DNA of 37,566 nucleotides from assembly GCA_037969075.1 (NCBI GenBank), contig JBBKWS010000182.1, forward strand, positions 1 to 37,566. Direction: 5' to 3'. Every line of letters begins with the position of its first letter. Positions within the stretch are counted from its first letter, which is position 1. The DNA is from Bdellovibrionales bacterium. Its GTDB lineage: Bacteria > Bdellovibrionota > Bdellovibrionia > Bdellovibrionales > UBA840. Positions 1 to 9,204 of the stretch are shown here, piece by piece. Below the pieces are notes generated by a model that was not told the origin of the DNA, did no database searches, and saw nothing but the letters and a program-made list of their open reading frames with translations. The position numbers were made by a program, and so were the translations under genes.

Positions 1-102
1 CTAGCGGTACTAGGAACATCACTGCTCAAGCGAATGTTTGATAAACATGATAAATTCATGATTGAAATAAACGATAAAGAAAAACAGAAAGAAGAGAAAT
101 AA
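1..102 (+). CDS. 3' end of a CDS truncated by the window edge
   Basis: Frame 1 is open from base 1 (LAVLGTSLLKRMFDK...KEEK) to TAA at 100-102. Confidence 0.45.
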   Translation, partial: LAVLGTSLLKRMFDKHDKFMIEINDKEKQKEEK

Positions 103-246
103 GTTAAAAAGGACATGCGGGGTGTCTGACTATGGTTAGATGCCTCGCCTTATTATTTGTTAATTTCTGTAGCAAAATGGGCTAGGTGGGTCGAGTTTAG
201 AGCTCATTTAATTTCATTTCAAATATAGGTGGTTTTGATGACTTTC

Positions 247-276
247 TTGACATTTCATGAAATGTCATGATATACT
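247..276 (+). promoter_or_regulatory. sigma-70 promoter of the TA operon overlapped by a palindromic operator
   Basis: TTGACA (247-252), 18 nt spacer, TATACT (271-276) preceded by TG; perfect 20-bp palindrome TGACATTTCATGAAATGTCA at 248-267. Confidence 0.8.
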
Positions 277-283
277 GACTACT

Positions 284-496
284 ATGAAAGCTAAAAAATT
301 TGCCACCCAAATTGATGAAAATGTCCTTAAAGATCTTAAGTCTTATGTGAGTAAGGCAGATCGCACTATTTCCAGTGTTGTGACAGAGGCTGTAGCTGAA
401 TACCTTCAACGCTCAAAGCTTCGTCCTGCCTTTCGTAGCGCAATGGATGAGGTGTTGAATGACAATGAAGAGCTTCTAAAGCGTTTAGCGAAATAA
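284..496 (+). CDS. Ribbon-helix-helix (CopG-like) antitoxin
   Basis: MKAKKFATQIDENVLKDLK...ISSVVTEAVAEYL strand-helix-helix pattern; C-terminal ELLKRLAK typical of Doc partners; stop overlaps toxin start (TAATG). Start moved from 257 to 284 because 257 lies inside the promoter. Confidence 0.75.
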   Translation: MKAKKFATQIDENVLKDLKSYVSKADRTISSVVTEAVAEYLQRSKLRPAFRSAMDEVLNDNEELLKRLAK

Positions 497-876
497 TGAA
501 AACAGTACTATATCCTACTCTAGCAGAGACTCTAGAACTCCATACTAGATTAATAGAAAGGTTTGGTGGAACTGGGGGCGTTAGAGACATGGGGCTTCTT
601 GAAAGTGCACTAATGAGACCGCAAACTGGTCATTATAAAAGTTTATCATTAGAAGCTGCAGCCCTCTTACAAAGTCTCGCCCAAAATCATGCGTTCGTTG
701 ATGGTAACAAGAGAGTAGCTTTTGCTACCACGGCCATCTTTCTCAGAATGAATAAATACAGATTAAAAGTGGGTGCTGATAATGGTGAATCATTTATTAT
801 TGAACGTGTAATAAAAAAGAAAGTTGATATCAAAGAAATCGCTGATTGGCTTGAGAAGCATATGAAGGTTGTTTAA
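496..876 (+). CDS. doc: Death-on-curing (Doc/Fic family) type II toxin
   Basis: HAFVDGNKRVA Doc motif, GGTGGVRDMGLLESAL N-terminal motif, 126 aa. Confidence 0.9.
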   Translation: MKTVLYPTLAETLELHTRLIERFGGTGGVRDMGLLESALMRPQTGHYKSLSLEAAALLQSLAQNHAFVDGNKRVAFATTAIFLRMNKYRLKVGADNGESFIIERVIKKKVDIKEIADWLEKHMKVV

Positions 877-926
877 ATAAATTTTAGTTGAAGATCACTA
901 GAGTATTTTTGGTTAGAGTTTAAAAC

Positions 927-1490
927 TTACCTAAGGGCTATTTGATCAAAAGAGAATTTATGCCCATCTATCGTTAGACTGATTTCCCTACCTTGCAAGA
1001 CGATACTGCCAAGGCCGATTCCTGCAAAGAGAGACTTATCTTCATTTTTGATTGGTAACTCTATACAAGAAATTTTTTGAGGCTTTGATGGAAGTGTCTT
1101 TTTGCGATGAACTTCAATCAGTGTAGGTATGCCCTCTAGAAAAAACCAAGCGGTGTGATGCTTCAAGGTCTCTGCACTAACGGGGTGAAGTTTCCACCCT
1201 AAATTTTGAGCGGTAATGGAGAACTCTTCTATATCGAGCACGTCAATCGCAATATGATGAAGTGAAGGTCCACGCTTTAGCAAAGCTCGTTTGTATGGTC
1301 CCTCAGATATTGCTTCAACGAGAAGTAACAGCCCGCTTTGCGTGTCATTAGATCCTACATAAATTTCTTTAGTGCCTTCAGAATCGAAGGTTTCTGGGTC
1401 TTCTGTCGCAATGCCATGATTATTCAAAAATGTAGCAGAAGCTTCAGCTGAAGATACTAAGAGTGCAACATGATTTAAGCGTGAGTTCAT
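927..1490 (-). CDS. VOC/glyoxalase superfamily protein (methylmalonyl-CoA epimerase-like)
   Basis: LNHVALLV, LLLVEA, KRGPSLHHIAIDV and LIEV metal-ligand pattern. Confidence 0.75.
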   Translation of the reverse strand: MNSRLNHVALLVSSAEASATFLNNHGIATEDPETFDSEGTKEIYVGSNDTQSGLLLLVEAISEGPYKRALLKRGPSLHHIAIDVLDIEEFSITAQNLGWKLHPVSAETLKHHTAWFFLEGIPTLIEVHRKKTLPSKPQKISCIELPIKNEDKSLFAGIGLGSIVLQGREISLTIDGHKFSFDQIALR

Positions 1491-1577
1491 TATAGCATTT
1501 CCAATGTAAAATAAGTTCGAGACCCGTATGGCCTAACTTAAAAAATAGTATCTAAATATATGATTTTATTGAAGTGA

Positions 1578-1594
1578 AAAATGGCGGGGTGGAC
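1578..1594. repeat. att-like direct repeat: copy of tRNA-Asp 3' end plus flank
   Basis: AAAATGGCGGGGTGGAC is identical to 15473-15489; the match extends to GTG upstream with a 1-nt indel. Confidence 0.85.
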
Positions 1595-1727
1595 CATCCT
1601 AACTTAAGTTACTGTTATTATTGAGGTCTAAACCTCTAGCCTACCAACTGTATCTCTAGTAATATTAAACTCTCTATTTCTGTTAAGTATTTCCACAACA
1701 ATTGGTATAGGCTAGGGGAGTCAGCCG

Positions 1728-4700
1728 TTAAGGGCATGTCTCCCACATTAGGTGCGGGTAATCACTGGCAGAGCACCACTTCCAATTACCGCTTACAGGT
1801 GTGAAGTCATAGCCCGCTGTTAAATAGATATTACCAGCAGCTTGGTTTTGCATTGCAGCTGTTGTTTGCCCAGACGGGGCACCTACGACAGGGCCACTAA
1901 AACCTATGGTCTTAGTCGATGTATCAAGATCCCAAAATGTGTTTGAGAAATATACGTACTCTTCAAATATATAACCAACAACTCCGTTTGCTAATACGTT
2001 AGGTGTATCTATTTGCACAGTCGAAAATGAATTGGTTAAAAAAGTTCTTTCATTGGTATTTCCAATGCCGTCATCATGATTTTGTGAATAACCAATGATA
2101 CCACCAAGGGAGCTTAAACCATTTTGAATGTGTCCATGTGCATAGGAATCAATAATTTCAATTACTCCGCCCGGTATAGAGCCAGTATTGTGATGGGCAA
2201 ATCCTACCAAACCGCCAGCACGGGTATTATTAGGTGTTAGATTGATCGTGCCGTTATAAAAAGATTTTTCTATTTTAAATAAAGTAGCTGAGTTTAAAGT
2301 CATCAAACCAACTAATCCACCAACTTCTGAGCTAGCTGTATTTGAAACTATAACATCAGCTGTTGAAGAGGATTTAGATACTGTGCCGTTGCCGTGAGAC
2401 ATAGTACCAATGAGTCCTCCTGCACGAGCTCCACCATTTAAAGTGATTGTACCTGATGTATGCACATTGGTTAAAGTAAAACCAAAAGTATTGCTGGCTG
2501 CCGTAACACCAATAATACCACCGACCGAGCCGTTGGACGATATATTTGCGTTTGAGCTAACATTATTGATAGTGTAATTAGCCGTTGCCGTTGTTAAATA
2601 ACCTATTATACCTCCAACCTCTGACAAGGCCGATGACACGTTGCCGCTATTGATTACGTCTTGCATGGACCCAGCAGCAGTAACATAGAGGCTACCTACT
2701 ATACCACCTATTACACTATTAGTGCCTGAAATTGCACCCAAGTTATAAGCTTGACTTATATTGGTAGTTCCAGAATTGGCAATGATTCCGCCTGCACGAT
2801 TGCGTCCGCTAATAGCTCCGTAATTATATGCATTTGTTAGAGTTATACTATTAGAAGAACCTATTATACCTCCTGTAATATCTTGTGTAGAGGAAATATT
2901 ACCGTAGTTATATGCTTGATTCATTATTAATGTGGAATCTACACTACCAATTACGCCCGCAGTATACGCTCCTACTGAGGTTACGTTATTATAATTATAA
3001 ACATTATTTACGCTACTACCGCTAATATTTGCGCGTCCAATAACTCCTGCAGTAACACTATTATTACCTGTTACAACAACATTTGAGTACAAATTAGATA
3101 CAGAGCTTATCCCGCCGTTAATATAACCTATCAGGCCACCTATTTCGCTTGATGCACCAGTAACCTGACCGCTTGCCCACAAATTATCAATGACATTGCC
3201 GTTAGTTGCAATCGGGTAGTAGTAACTCAATATACTGCCCACAAATTGTCTGCCGTGTAGATTAACATTAGTCATTCCTAAGTTTTTAATAGTATTGGGT
3301 GAGCCACTAGTATTTCTAAAAGCGCCAAACAACCCCAAGTAATCTTTTGCTGCATTGATATAAGTGTAATTGGCAATTACATGCCCATCCCCATCAAAGC
3401 TACCATTAAACGAAGTGGCAGCATCACCAATGTTGGTCCCGCCGATAGGTTCAAAGGTAAGACTATCTAGATCAATATTTGTCCCTAACTTAAAGCTATA
3501 TAAACCATTTAGATAATTATAAAGTCTACCATCAGATATTTTATATCTCATATTATTTAAATGCGCTACGCTACAAATTATAAACGGATTCATTGTAGTC
3601 CCACTTCCAGCAGCCATTTCAGTGCCCCAAGATCCGGGTAGGTCACAAATATGGGTTGGTGTAGATTGGTATAAGTAGGCGCCAAGGATTGAGCTAATAG
3701 AGCCCTCTGGATTTTGCACCGAAACGGTGGCTGTACCATTTGAACCGGCAGGCACACGACAAGTAAGCTTAGTAGTTAAGTGGATTTCTACATCTGTACA
3801 AGGTGAGCCACCAACAGACACGATAGTATCAGCAAGAAAATTATTTTTTGTTGCTTCAGAAAAACCTGTACCGGTGATGACTACCAGATCCCCACCAGCT
3901 GTTGGTCCCTGACTGCGTTTGATTGAACTTAAAACTAAAATATTATTAGATGTTACAGATAAATTAGCACCAGCTGTATTACCGGCTTGATCCTCTATTT
4001 CTAAATAATAACTAATAAATTTATTTACATCCGTTGGCCCACTAAGATTAGTTAGACTTGTTACGCCAACGTTACTATAAATTAAAGAGTCACTTGTGGT
4101 TGCTAAACTTTCTGTGTCAGATATTTTTTGAAAGATTCTAACTGTTATATTAGCCATTGCAGTTGTGTTATCGCTCATTGTCCAATTTAAATTCCAGCGT
4201 TTATAAGCATCTAATTTATTAGTCGTAAATGAACCAATAACAGGTACGGTCAAATCACTAGTTACAAAACTTCTAACGGTGCCATCACATCTGCGGTTGG
4301 CCGAACTATCTAATGCACATACTGAATAATAATAAGTCGTACCTTCGACTAAACCCGTATCGGTAAAGTTTAATGGACTGTGGCCAGCGTTAGTGCGCAA
4401 ACTACCATCATTAAATGGCTGTGTTGCATTAGCAAACGTAGTGTTAGCTTTTCTATATACTTGGTAGCTGATAGTGATACCCGGCTCACTAGCATATTGA
4501 TTATCTGTAGCGGCTAGCCAAGATAAAGTGTATGTAGGGCCAGCGCCAACTACAAGGTTTGAAGTAAATGCAGGTAGGGTTTGGTCAAGAGTACGTTTAT
4601 TTGCAAAACTTGAGCTTGGATCTAAGTAAGTCGTTTCGTTACCGACAGCATCATACGCTCTTACATGAAATTTATAAGTTCTATAGGGGTCAAGGTTAGT

Positions 4701-6629
4701 AACAGTGCAAGTAGTATCTGCTAAATTACAAGCACCTGGGCTAACACAAGCACAGTTTTTTAGTAAACTTAAACTATTATTTGGTGCCACAGAATAGACT
4801 TTAAAACCTTGATAATCTGCTGACCAAACTGGCTCGTACCATGTTACGGTCATCTCGCCTTCAGTAGATGAGATTTGATCTGCGGGGCCTTTGATTCCGG
4901 TAAAACCAGCGGGTGGGTTGACATCAGGTACAGCCACTGACTTTGCAGTATTTAAAGCAAACGAAGTGCAATTTTTTGAGCCACCTGGCAATTGATCTGC
5001 ATTGTCACAAGCATCAACAACGGCATAAACAACATCATAATCAGTGTAAGAAAAAATCGAACCATCAAATGACATTCCACTTGGGTTAGTGCCATGACTT
5101 CTAATAACCGTAGTAATATTGCCAGCTAAAGGTGTAGCAGTATTCTTCCAAAGTTTAATCCTGTACTCTAAAATATCAGAAGATACGCTTGCATTCCACG
5201 CAATACTTATTGTTCCCGTTAACGGTACATAGTTAATTGTTTGAATGTTATCAAAATTAGGCGGCGTACTATCTAATGTAGTTCGGCTTAAACTAGCGGT
5301 TGTATTAGAAGTGTTACCTGACTGATCTTGCGCCTTTAAACAAATAGCATATGTAGTGCGAGAGCTTAAGCCGGTTAGTGTTATTGTTCTTGCACCTGGT
5401 GCGTAGCCACTGGCTAAAACTTCATGTATCTGTGATCCATTTATACAAGGGTCAGAAGGAGTGCCTGGATAGGACGCAGAAGTACTATAAACGATATATT
5501 TATAAGTTCCGTCAGCGCTCTCAATACCTTCACGATCAATGGCAGTAAAACCAATAACCAACGACGAATCACTTGGAGCACCTAATGTTAAAGATGATAA
5601 ACCTACAAATGATGGAGCTGAAGTATCGCCCGTATTTAAAGACACTACATTCGTATTATTATTGTTATTTCCAGTTGGATCTTCATCCTGTACAATAAAA
5701 TGGTATTGCGTATTATCTATCACACCCGAGATACTTACAGATGTGTTAGGGTTTGCTAAATTAGCAACGACTAAAGTTTGCTCTAAAGTATAATCACTAA
5801 TATTAGTTCCACCGATGGCACCAACACGTTTATAGACATAGCGTTTTTTTACAGCGCCATTTGCTTCGACCCAAGGTATGTTTAATGTAACTTGAGAATT
5901 ATTAGCACTTGCAGAAGACGCGCCAGTAGTTAGTGGAGCCCCACCATCACTTAGTGTTAAGGCGCGTTCAACCACATTGGTATCGCAAACATTAAAACTC
6001 GTGCAGGCCCTTACACCAAAAGCGTAAGGCAATTCATCGCCTAGATTAGTTAGGGTATAAGAAAATGTGCCGGATGCTACTATTGATCGTGGGGTAGTTG
6101 TCCAATTTACGGTAGCGCCAGGATTAGCAAAAATTTGATAGGTACTTACTACGGGCCCTGTTGGATTAGCTGGCGACCAATTTACTCGTACTGATCTTGC
6201 CGTAAGGGCTGTTGCTGCTGTGATACCAGCAAAAACAGGAGCGTTAGCTGACATAGTGGTTAAGTGTAAAATATTAGAACCAGTTTTTGCTTTAAATGCT
6301 TTTGATCCTTCGCAAGTGTATTCGTACGTCGCAGCTTCTTGTAAGCCCGTATCAACAAATGAAGTACTAGCACGAGATGATGAAGAGTAGATAGCAGAAC
6401 CATTTCTATACACAGTGATGCGGTCATATTCTTGCGGAAACTCAAAGTTAACTAATATACTGGATGCATCTACTGCGCTACCATCAACACAGCCCAAAAA
6501 TGAATCAAATGGATCAGCGGATGCCCCACCACTTTCTTCTAAAGACCCTGAGCTTAAGCAAGCAGTTAGGGTCAGGCACAATAAAATGCCTGAAAAGAAT
6601 TTTTGAAGTACGTACGTGCCATTAGTCAT
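1728..6629 (-). CDS. Giant surface lipoprotein / putative adhesin with FN3-like repeats, IPT/TIG domain and GLUG-type repeats
   Basis: Lipobox LTAC; repeated ~110-aa beta modules with linkers DTSAPSF/DSTPPNF/DQTLPAF and motifs like YKFHVRAYDAVGN; GPTAGGDLVVITGTGF (IPT/TIG); GSGTTMNPFII, FNGSFDGDGHVI and many xGGLxG/GGIIG repeats (GLUG/ZmpB-like). Confidence 0.85.
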   Translation of the reverse strand: MTNGTYVLQKFFSGILLCLTLTACLSSGSLEESGGASADPFDSFLGCVDGSAVDASSILVNFEFPQEYDRITVYRNGSAIYSSSSRASTSFVDTGLQEAATYEYTCEGSKAFKAKTGSNILHLTTMSANAPVFAGITAATALTARSVRVNWSPANPTGPVVSTYQIFANPGATVNWTTTPRSIVASGTFSYTLTNLGDELPYAFGVRACTSFNVCDTNVVERALTLSDGGAPLTTGASSASANNSQVTLNIPWVEANGAVKKRYVYKRVGAIGGTNISDYTLEQTLVVANLANPNTSVSISGVIDNTQYHFIVQDEDPTGNNNNNTNVVSLNTGDTSAPSFVGLSSLTLGAPSDSSLVIGFTAIDREGIESADGTYKYIVYSTSASYPGTPSDPCINGSQIHEVLASGYAPGARTITLTGLSSRTTYAICLKAQDQSGNTSNTTASLSRTTLDSTPPNFDNIQTINYVPLTGTISIAWNASVSSDILEYRIKLWKNTATPLAGNITTVIRSHGTNPSGMSFDGSIFSYTDYDVVYAVVDACDNADQLPGGSKNCTSFALNTAKSVAVPDVNPPAGFTGIKGPADQISSTEGEMTVTWYEPVWSADYQGFKVYSVAPNNSLSLLKNCACVSPGACNLADTTCTVTNLDPYRTYKFHVRAYDAVGNETTYLDPSSSFANKRTLDQTLPAFTSNLVVGAGPTYTLSWLAATDNQYASEPGITISYQVYRKANTTFANATQPFNDGSLRTNAGHSPLNFTDTGLVEGTTYYYSVCALDSSANRRCDGTVRSFVTSDLTVPVIGSFTTNKLDAYKRWNLNWTMSDNTTAMANITVRIFQKISDTESLATTSDSLIYSNVGVTSLTNLSGPTDVNKFISYYLEIEDQAGNTAGANLSVTSNNILVLSSIKRSQGPTAGGDLVVITGTGFSEATKNNFLADTIVSVGGSPCTDVEIHLTTKLTCRVPAGSNGTATVSVQNPEGSISSILGAYLYQSTPTHICDLPGSWGTEMAAGSGTTMNPFIICSVAHLNNMRYKISDGRLYNYLNGLYSFKLGTNIDLDSLTFEPIGGTNIGDAATSFNGSFDGDGHVIANYTYINAAKDYLGLFGAFRNTSGSPNTIKNLGMTNVNLHGRQFVGSILSYYYPIATNGNVIDNLWASGQVTGASSEIGGLIGYINGGISSVSNLYSNVVVTGNNSVTAGVIGRANISGSSVNNVYNYNNVTSVGAYTAGVIGSVDSTLIMNQAYNYGNISSTQDITGGIIGSSNSITLTNAYNYGAISGRNRAGGIIANSGTTNISQAYNLGAISGTNSVIGGIVGSLYVTAAGSMQDVINSGNVSSALSEVGGIIGYLTTATANYTINNVSSNANISSNGSVGGIIGVTAASNTFGFTLTNVHTSGTITLNGGARAGGLIGTMSHGNGTVSKSSSTADVIVSNTASSEVGGLVGLMTLNSATLFKIEKSFYNGTINLTPNNTRAGGLVGFAHHNTGSIPGGVIEIIDSYAHGHIQNGLSSLGGIIGYSQNHDDGIGNTNERTFLTNSFSTVQIDTPNVLANGVVGYIFEEYVYFSNTFWDLDTSTKTIGFSGPVVGAPSGQTTAAMQNQAAGNIYLTAGYDFTPVSGNWKWCSASDYPHLMWETCP

Positions 6630-6653
6630 AATTCTCTCTTATTAGTTTAATAC

Positions 6654-6680
6654 TTTTCGGTAAATTGGGGCTAAACTTAA
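6654..6680 (-). promoter_or_regulatory. sigma-28 (FliA)-like promoter for the giant lipoprotein
   Basis: Minus strand TTAAGTTT-N11-ACCGAAAA versus consensus TAAAGTTT-N11-GCCGATAA, 25 nt upstream of the ATG. Confidence 0.65.
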
Positions 6681-6682
6681 GT

Positions 6683-6701
6683 CTGTCTAGTATTGAGACA
6701 G
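6683..6701. promoter_or_regulatory. Inverted-repeat operator CTGTCT-N7-AGACAG
   Basis: Abuts the -35 of the leftward promoter; core GTCT-N7-AGAC recurs at 6770-6784. Confidence 0.55.
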
Positions 6702-6769
6702 GCTTAAAGCTATTTAAAGGCCAAACCTAAAGCTAGTTTTATATTTTAAAAGAAGTAGATGTACTTAGA

Positions 6770-6800
6770 GTCTTAAGCTGAGACATAAAGGTACCGAAAT
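6770..6800 (+). promoter_or_regulatory. sigma-28-like promoter for the motor operon with overlapping GTCT-N7-AGAC site
   Basis: TAAG (6774-6777)-N15-ACCGAAAT (6793-6800); GTCTTAAGCTGAGAC at 6770-6784; AAGGA SD downstream. Confidence 0.6.
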
Positions 6801-6827
6801 AAGAAGTAACCCAAGGATGGTTATTTT

Positions 6828-7472
6828 ATGAGTCAATTAACTAAATGGATAAGCCTTTTATTAATAGCTATGCTGTTGAATGCTTGTTCGCTGTTAAAAT
6901 TTAATGACAAAAAAGAAATCACTATCGCTAGCATTCCCAGCTCTGCAGAAGTGGTTAATGCCGCCGGAGAAGTGGTTGGAGTATCACCTATATCTTTACA
7001 AGCCGAGACTTTGGCTAAATTAACAGACGGCGATAAACTTATATTTAGCGTTCGAAAACCTGGGTTTGAGACTCAAACCTTAGTTGTTGACCTGTCAGTA
7101 ACTAACATAAGCAGTCATGTAGTAAAATTAAAAGAACAAAGTGCATCTACATTTTCTAATGATATTTTATTGCAATACTCAAAACAAACCAATGAAATGA
7201 TTCGAGAAATTCTATCCATCCAAGGTCTTATTGTCGCTTCAGAATGGGCTTTAGCTGATGAGAGATTAAATGGTTTTGAAAAGAAGTTTTCAAATATAGC
7301 TGCGGCATTAGTGCTTAGGGCCAATGTAGAAATCAACCGTGGACAAGTACCACGAGCACTTGAGTACTTAAAACGAGCTAGAAGTATCGATCCCGATGAT
7401 ACCTATATATCTAGGTTGATCTTAAGCTTACAAGGCAGAGTACCAGCAGGGGAGGCTAAAAATGAAAATTAG
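6828..7472 (+). CDS. Lipoprotein with PEGA-like domain and C-terminal TPR
   Basis: Lipobox LNAC; ITIASIPSSAEV...VGVSPI...VRKPGFE (PEGA); ALEYLKRARSIDPDD (TPR). Confidence 0.75.
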   Translation: MSQLTKWISLLLIAMLLNACSLLKFNDKKEITIASIPSSAEVVNAAGEVVGVSPISLQAETLAKLTDGDKLIFSVRKPGFETQTLVVDLSVTNISSHVVKLKEQSASTFSNDILLQYSKQTNEMIREILSIQGLIVASEWALADERLNGFEKKFSNIAAALVLRANVEINRGQVPRALEYLKRARSIDPDDTYISRLILSLQGRVPAGEAKNEN

Positions 7473-9204
7473 CCTTTTAGCTTTAATATTTGTATTCACT
7501 TCAGTTCTAATGGCTGAAGAATTTCCTTCAACTACGCCTGTAAGTGTAATTGAAGCTAATTATGAAAAAGAAATTTTAAGTTCCATTGAGCAAATGTTAG
7601 GAAAAGACCTAGGCACATTAGTTAAAGTAAAAGCTAAAGTTGAAGACACTGAAAAAAACGCTAAGCCTAGCTTAGATGTGGCTTACTTACCAATCCCACC
7701 GACCAAGATAAATCTTTTAGGGCCAAATGCAAATAATCAAAAAATATCTAATTTAGATGTAAATATTAAAATATTAGCAGAAATGGACCCAAATCTAGAG
7801 ACCCAAATTAAGGACCTTGTTAACTTCTCAATTAAAAATATACCAGCAAGCATTAAGATAGAAAAATTCAATGTAAACAAAGATCAAAACCGTAAAATAG
7901 CTTCAGATGAAAACAAAGAAAATAAACCACTGTCAGAATTGATACAAGAGTGGAAGTGGTCATTCTTCTTACTTCTAGGTTTGCTGTCTATTGTTGGTTT
8001 TTTACTAGCCATGAAAATAATGTCAAATGGCTTGCAAACAGCCGCCGATAATTTAGCGGGGGGTTTTCGTTTAAACAATAGGACAACTCCGCCTGACGAT
8101 AAATCAGACAAAGAAGAAGCCGAAATCAAGTCCGAAACTATTGATGTAGAACATAGCTTATATAAAGATCAAATCCCTACGAATGTATCATTTTTAGAAG
8201 ATATTCTTAAAGAGGATAGTAGCGCCTTTTTTACAGCTTTAACAAGTGATGTAAAAGACAAAATGGGCTTTAAGTGGCTTTTAACAAAAATGAATCCCGA
8301 AGTTGTTAGTCTGATTAAAAAAGTAATGGATAAAAGTCGCTTGCAAGAGCTGCTTGCAACGGATGAAAACGAAGATGATCTAAAGATTAATTTAGCAGAG
8401 TGGTTGCAAAAATTCACAGAACGACAGCTAGTAAATAAAATGAAAGAAGAAAATATTATTGATCGAGCTTTATCAGCAAGTCAAAAAGTAAAATTATACT
8501 CATGGAACGCTGAAATATTTAATACAGGCAAAGACAATGTTTCTGACAATGCGATTTGGCGTTTGGCAGCAGAGGTTTTAACTCAAAATGAATTTGCTGA
8601 TTTAACAAAAGGTATTGATGCAGAACTTTGGAATAAGGTAATACTATCAGCCGACGTTAATGACGAGGCCGTTTTAGCTGCATATCAAAATTTAGAAGAA
8701 TTTGTTGAAAAAGATAAGAAAAGTGAAGGATCTAGTAAAAATAAGTATATCAATGAAAGACTTTTAGTGCCAATGATTGATAGTATTCGATCAAAACCAT
8801 TTGGACAAGATGATGAAATGATCCAATCACTTTGTGTGAATAACAAAGAATTAGAAGAGATCTTACGTGCAAAGGTATGGACGGCAGCTAACTTAAGAGA
8901 TATTCCTGAAACCTTTATAAAGTCATTTATATACGAACAAAGTACAGAGGTCGTTTTTTCTTTAATATACTCTTTGCCAGAGGATTTGGCTAAATCTATA
9001 GACTCAATGTTAGATTCAGGAAATAAAAAAATTATCATCCAAGATTTGGTTCAGAGGGCAAAACAAAAAGCTACAGATAAAGAACAGCTTGCAGCAAGAA
9101 ATTTAGCCAGAAAAGCAATCGATGACTTACGTACTAGTTACCAAAAAGGTGATTTTAAATTAAAATCAGAAGATAATAAGGGGAAGGATTTGTATGCTGC
9201 ATAA
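7462..9204 (+). CDS. Membrane protein, putative FliF ring domain-TM-FliG C-terminal domain fusion
   Basis: N-terminal signal; segment resembling FliF RBM3; one TM (about 7957-8013); C-terminal ~140 aa aligns by eye with FliG_C. Confidence 0.6.
   Translation: MKISLLALIFVFTSVLMAEEFPSTTPVSVIEANYEKEILSSIEQMLGKDLGTLVKVKAKVEDTEKNAKPSLDVAYLPIPPTKINLLGPNANNQKISNLDVNIKILAEMDPNLETQIKDLVNFSIKNIPASIKIEKFNVNKDQNRKIASDENKENKPLSELIQEWKWSFFLLLGLLSIVGFLLAMKIMSNGLQTAADNLAGGFRLNNRTTPPDDKSDKEEAEIKSETIDVEHSLYKDQIPTNVSFLEDILKEDSSAFFTALTSDVKDKMGFKWLLTKMNPEVVSLIKKVMDKSRLQELLATDENEDDLKINLAEWLQKFTERQLVNKMKEENIIDRALSASQKVKLYSWNAEIFNTGKDNVSDNAIWRLAAEVLTQNEFADLTKGIDAELWNKVILSADVNDEAVLAAYQNLEEFVEKDKKSEGSSKNKYINERLLVPMIDSIRSKPFGQDDEMIQSLCVNNKELEEILRAKVWTAANLRDIPETFIKSFIYEQSTEVVFSLIYSLPEDLAKSIDSMLDSGNKKIIIQDLVQRAKQKATDKEQLAARNLARKAIDDLRTSYQKGDFKLKSEDNKGKDLYAA

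Noticed and set aside
174..212. Possible further degenerate att or inverted-repeat copy (AAAATGGGCTAGGTGG; GTTTAGAGCTCA resembles the reverse complement of 1622-1633)
   Set aside because: Too short and gapped to distinguish from chance
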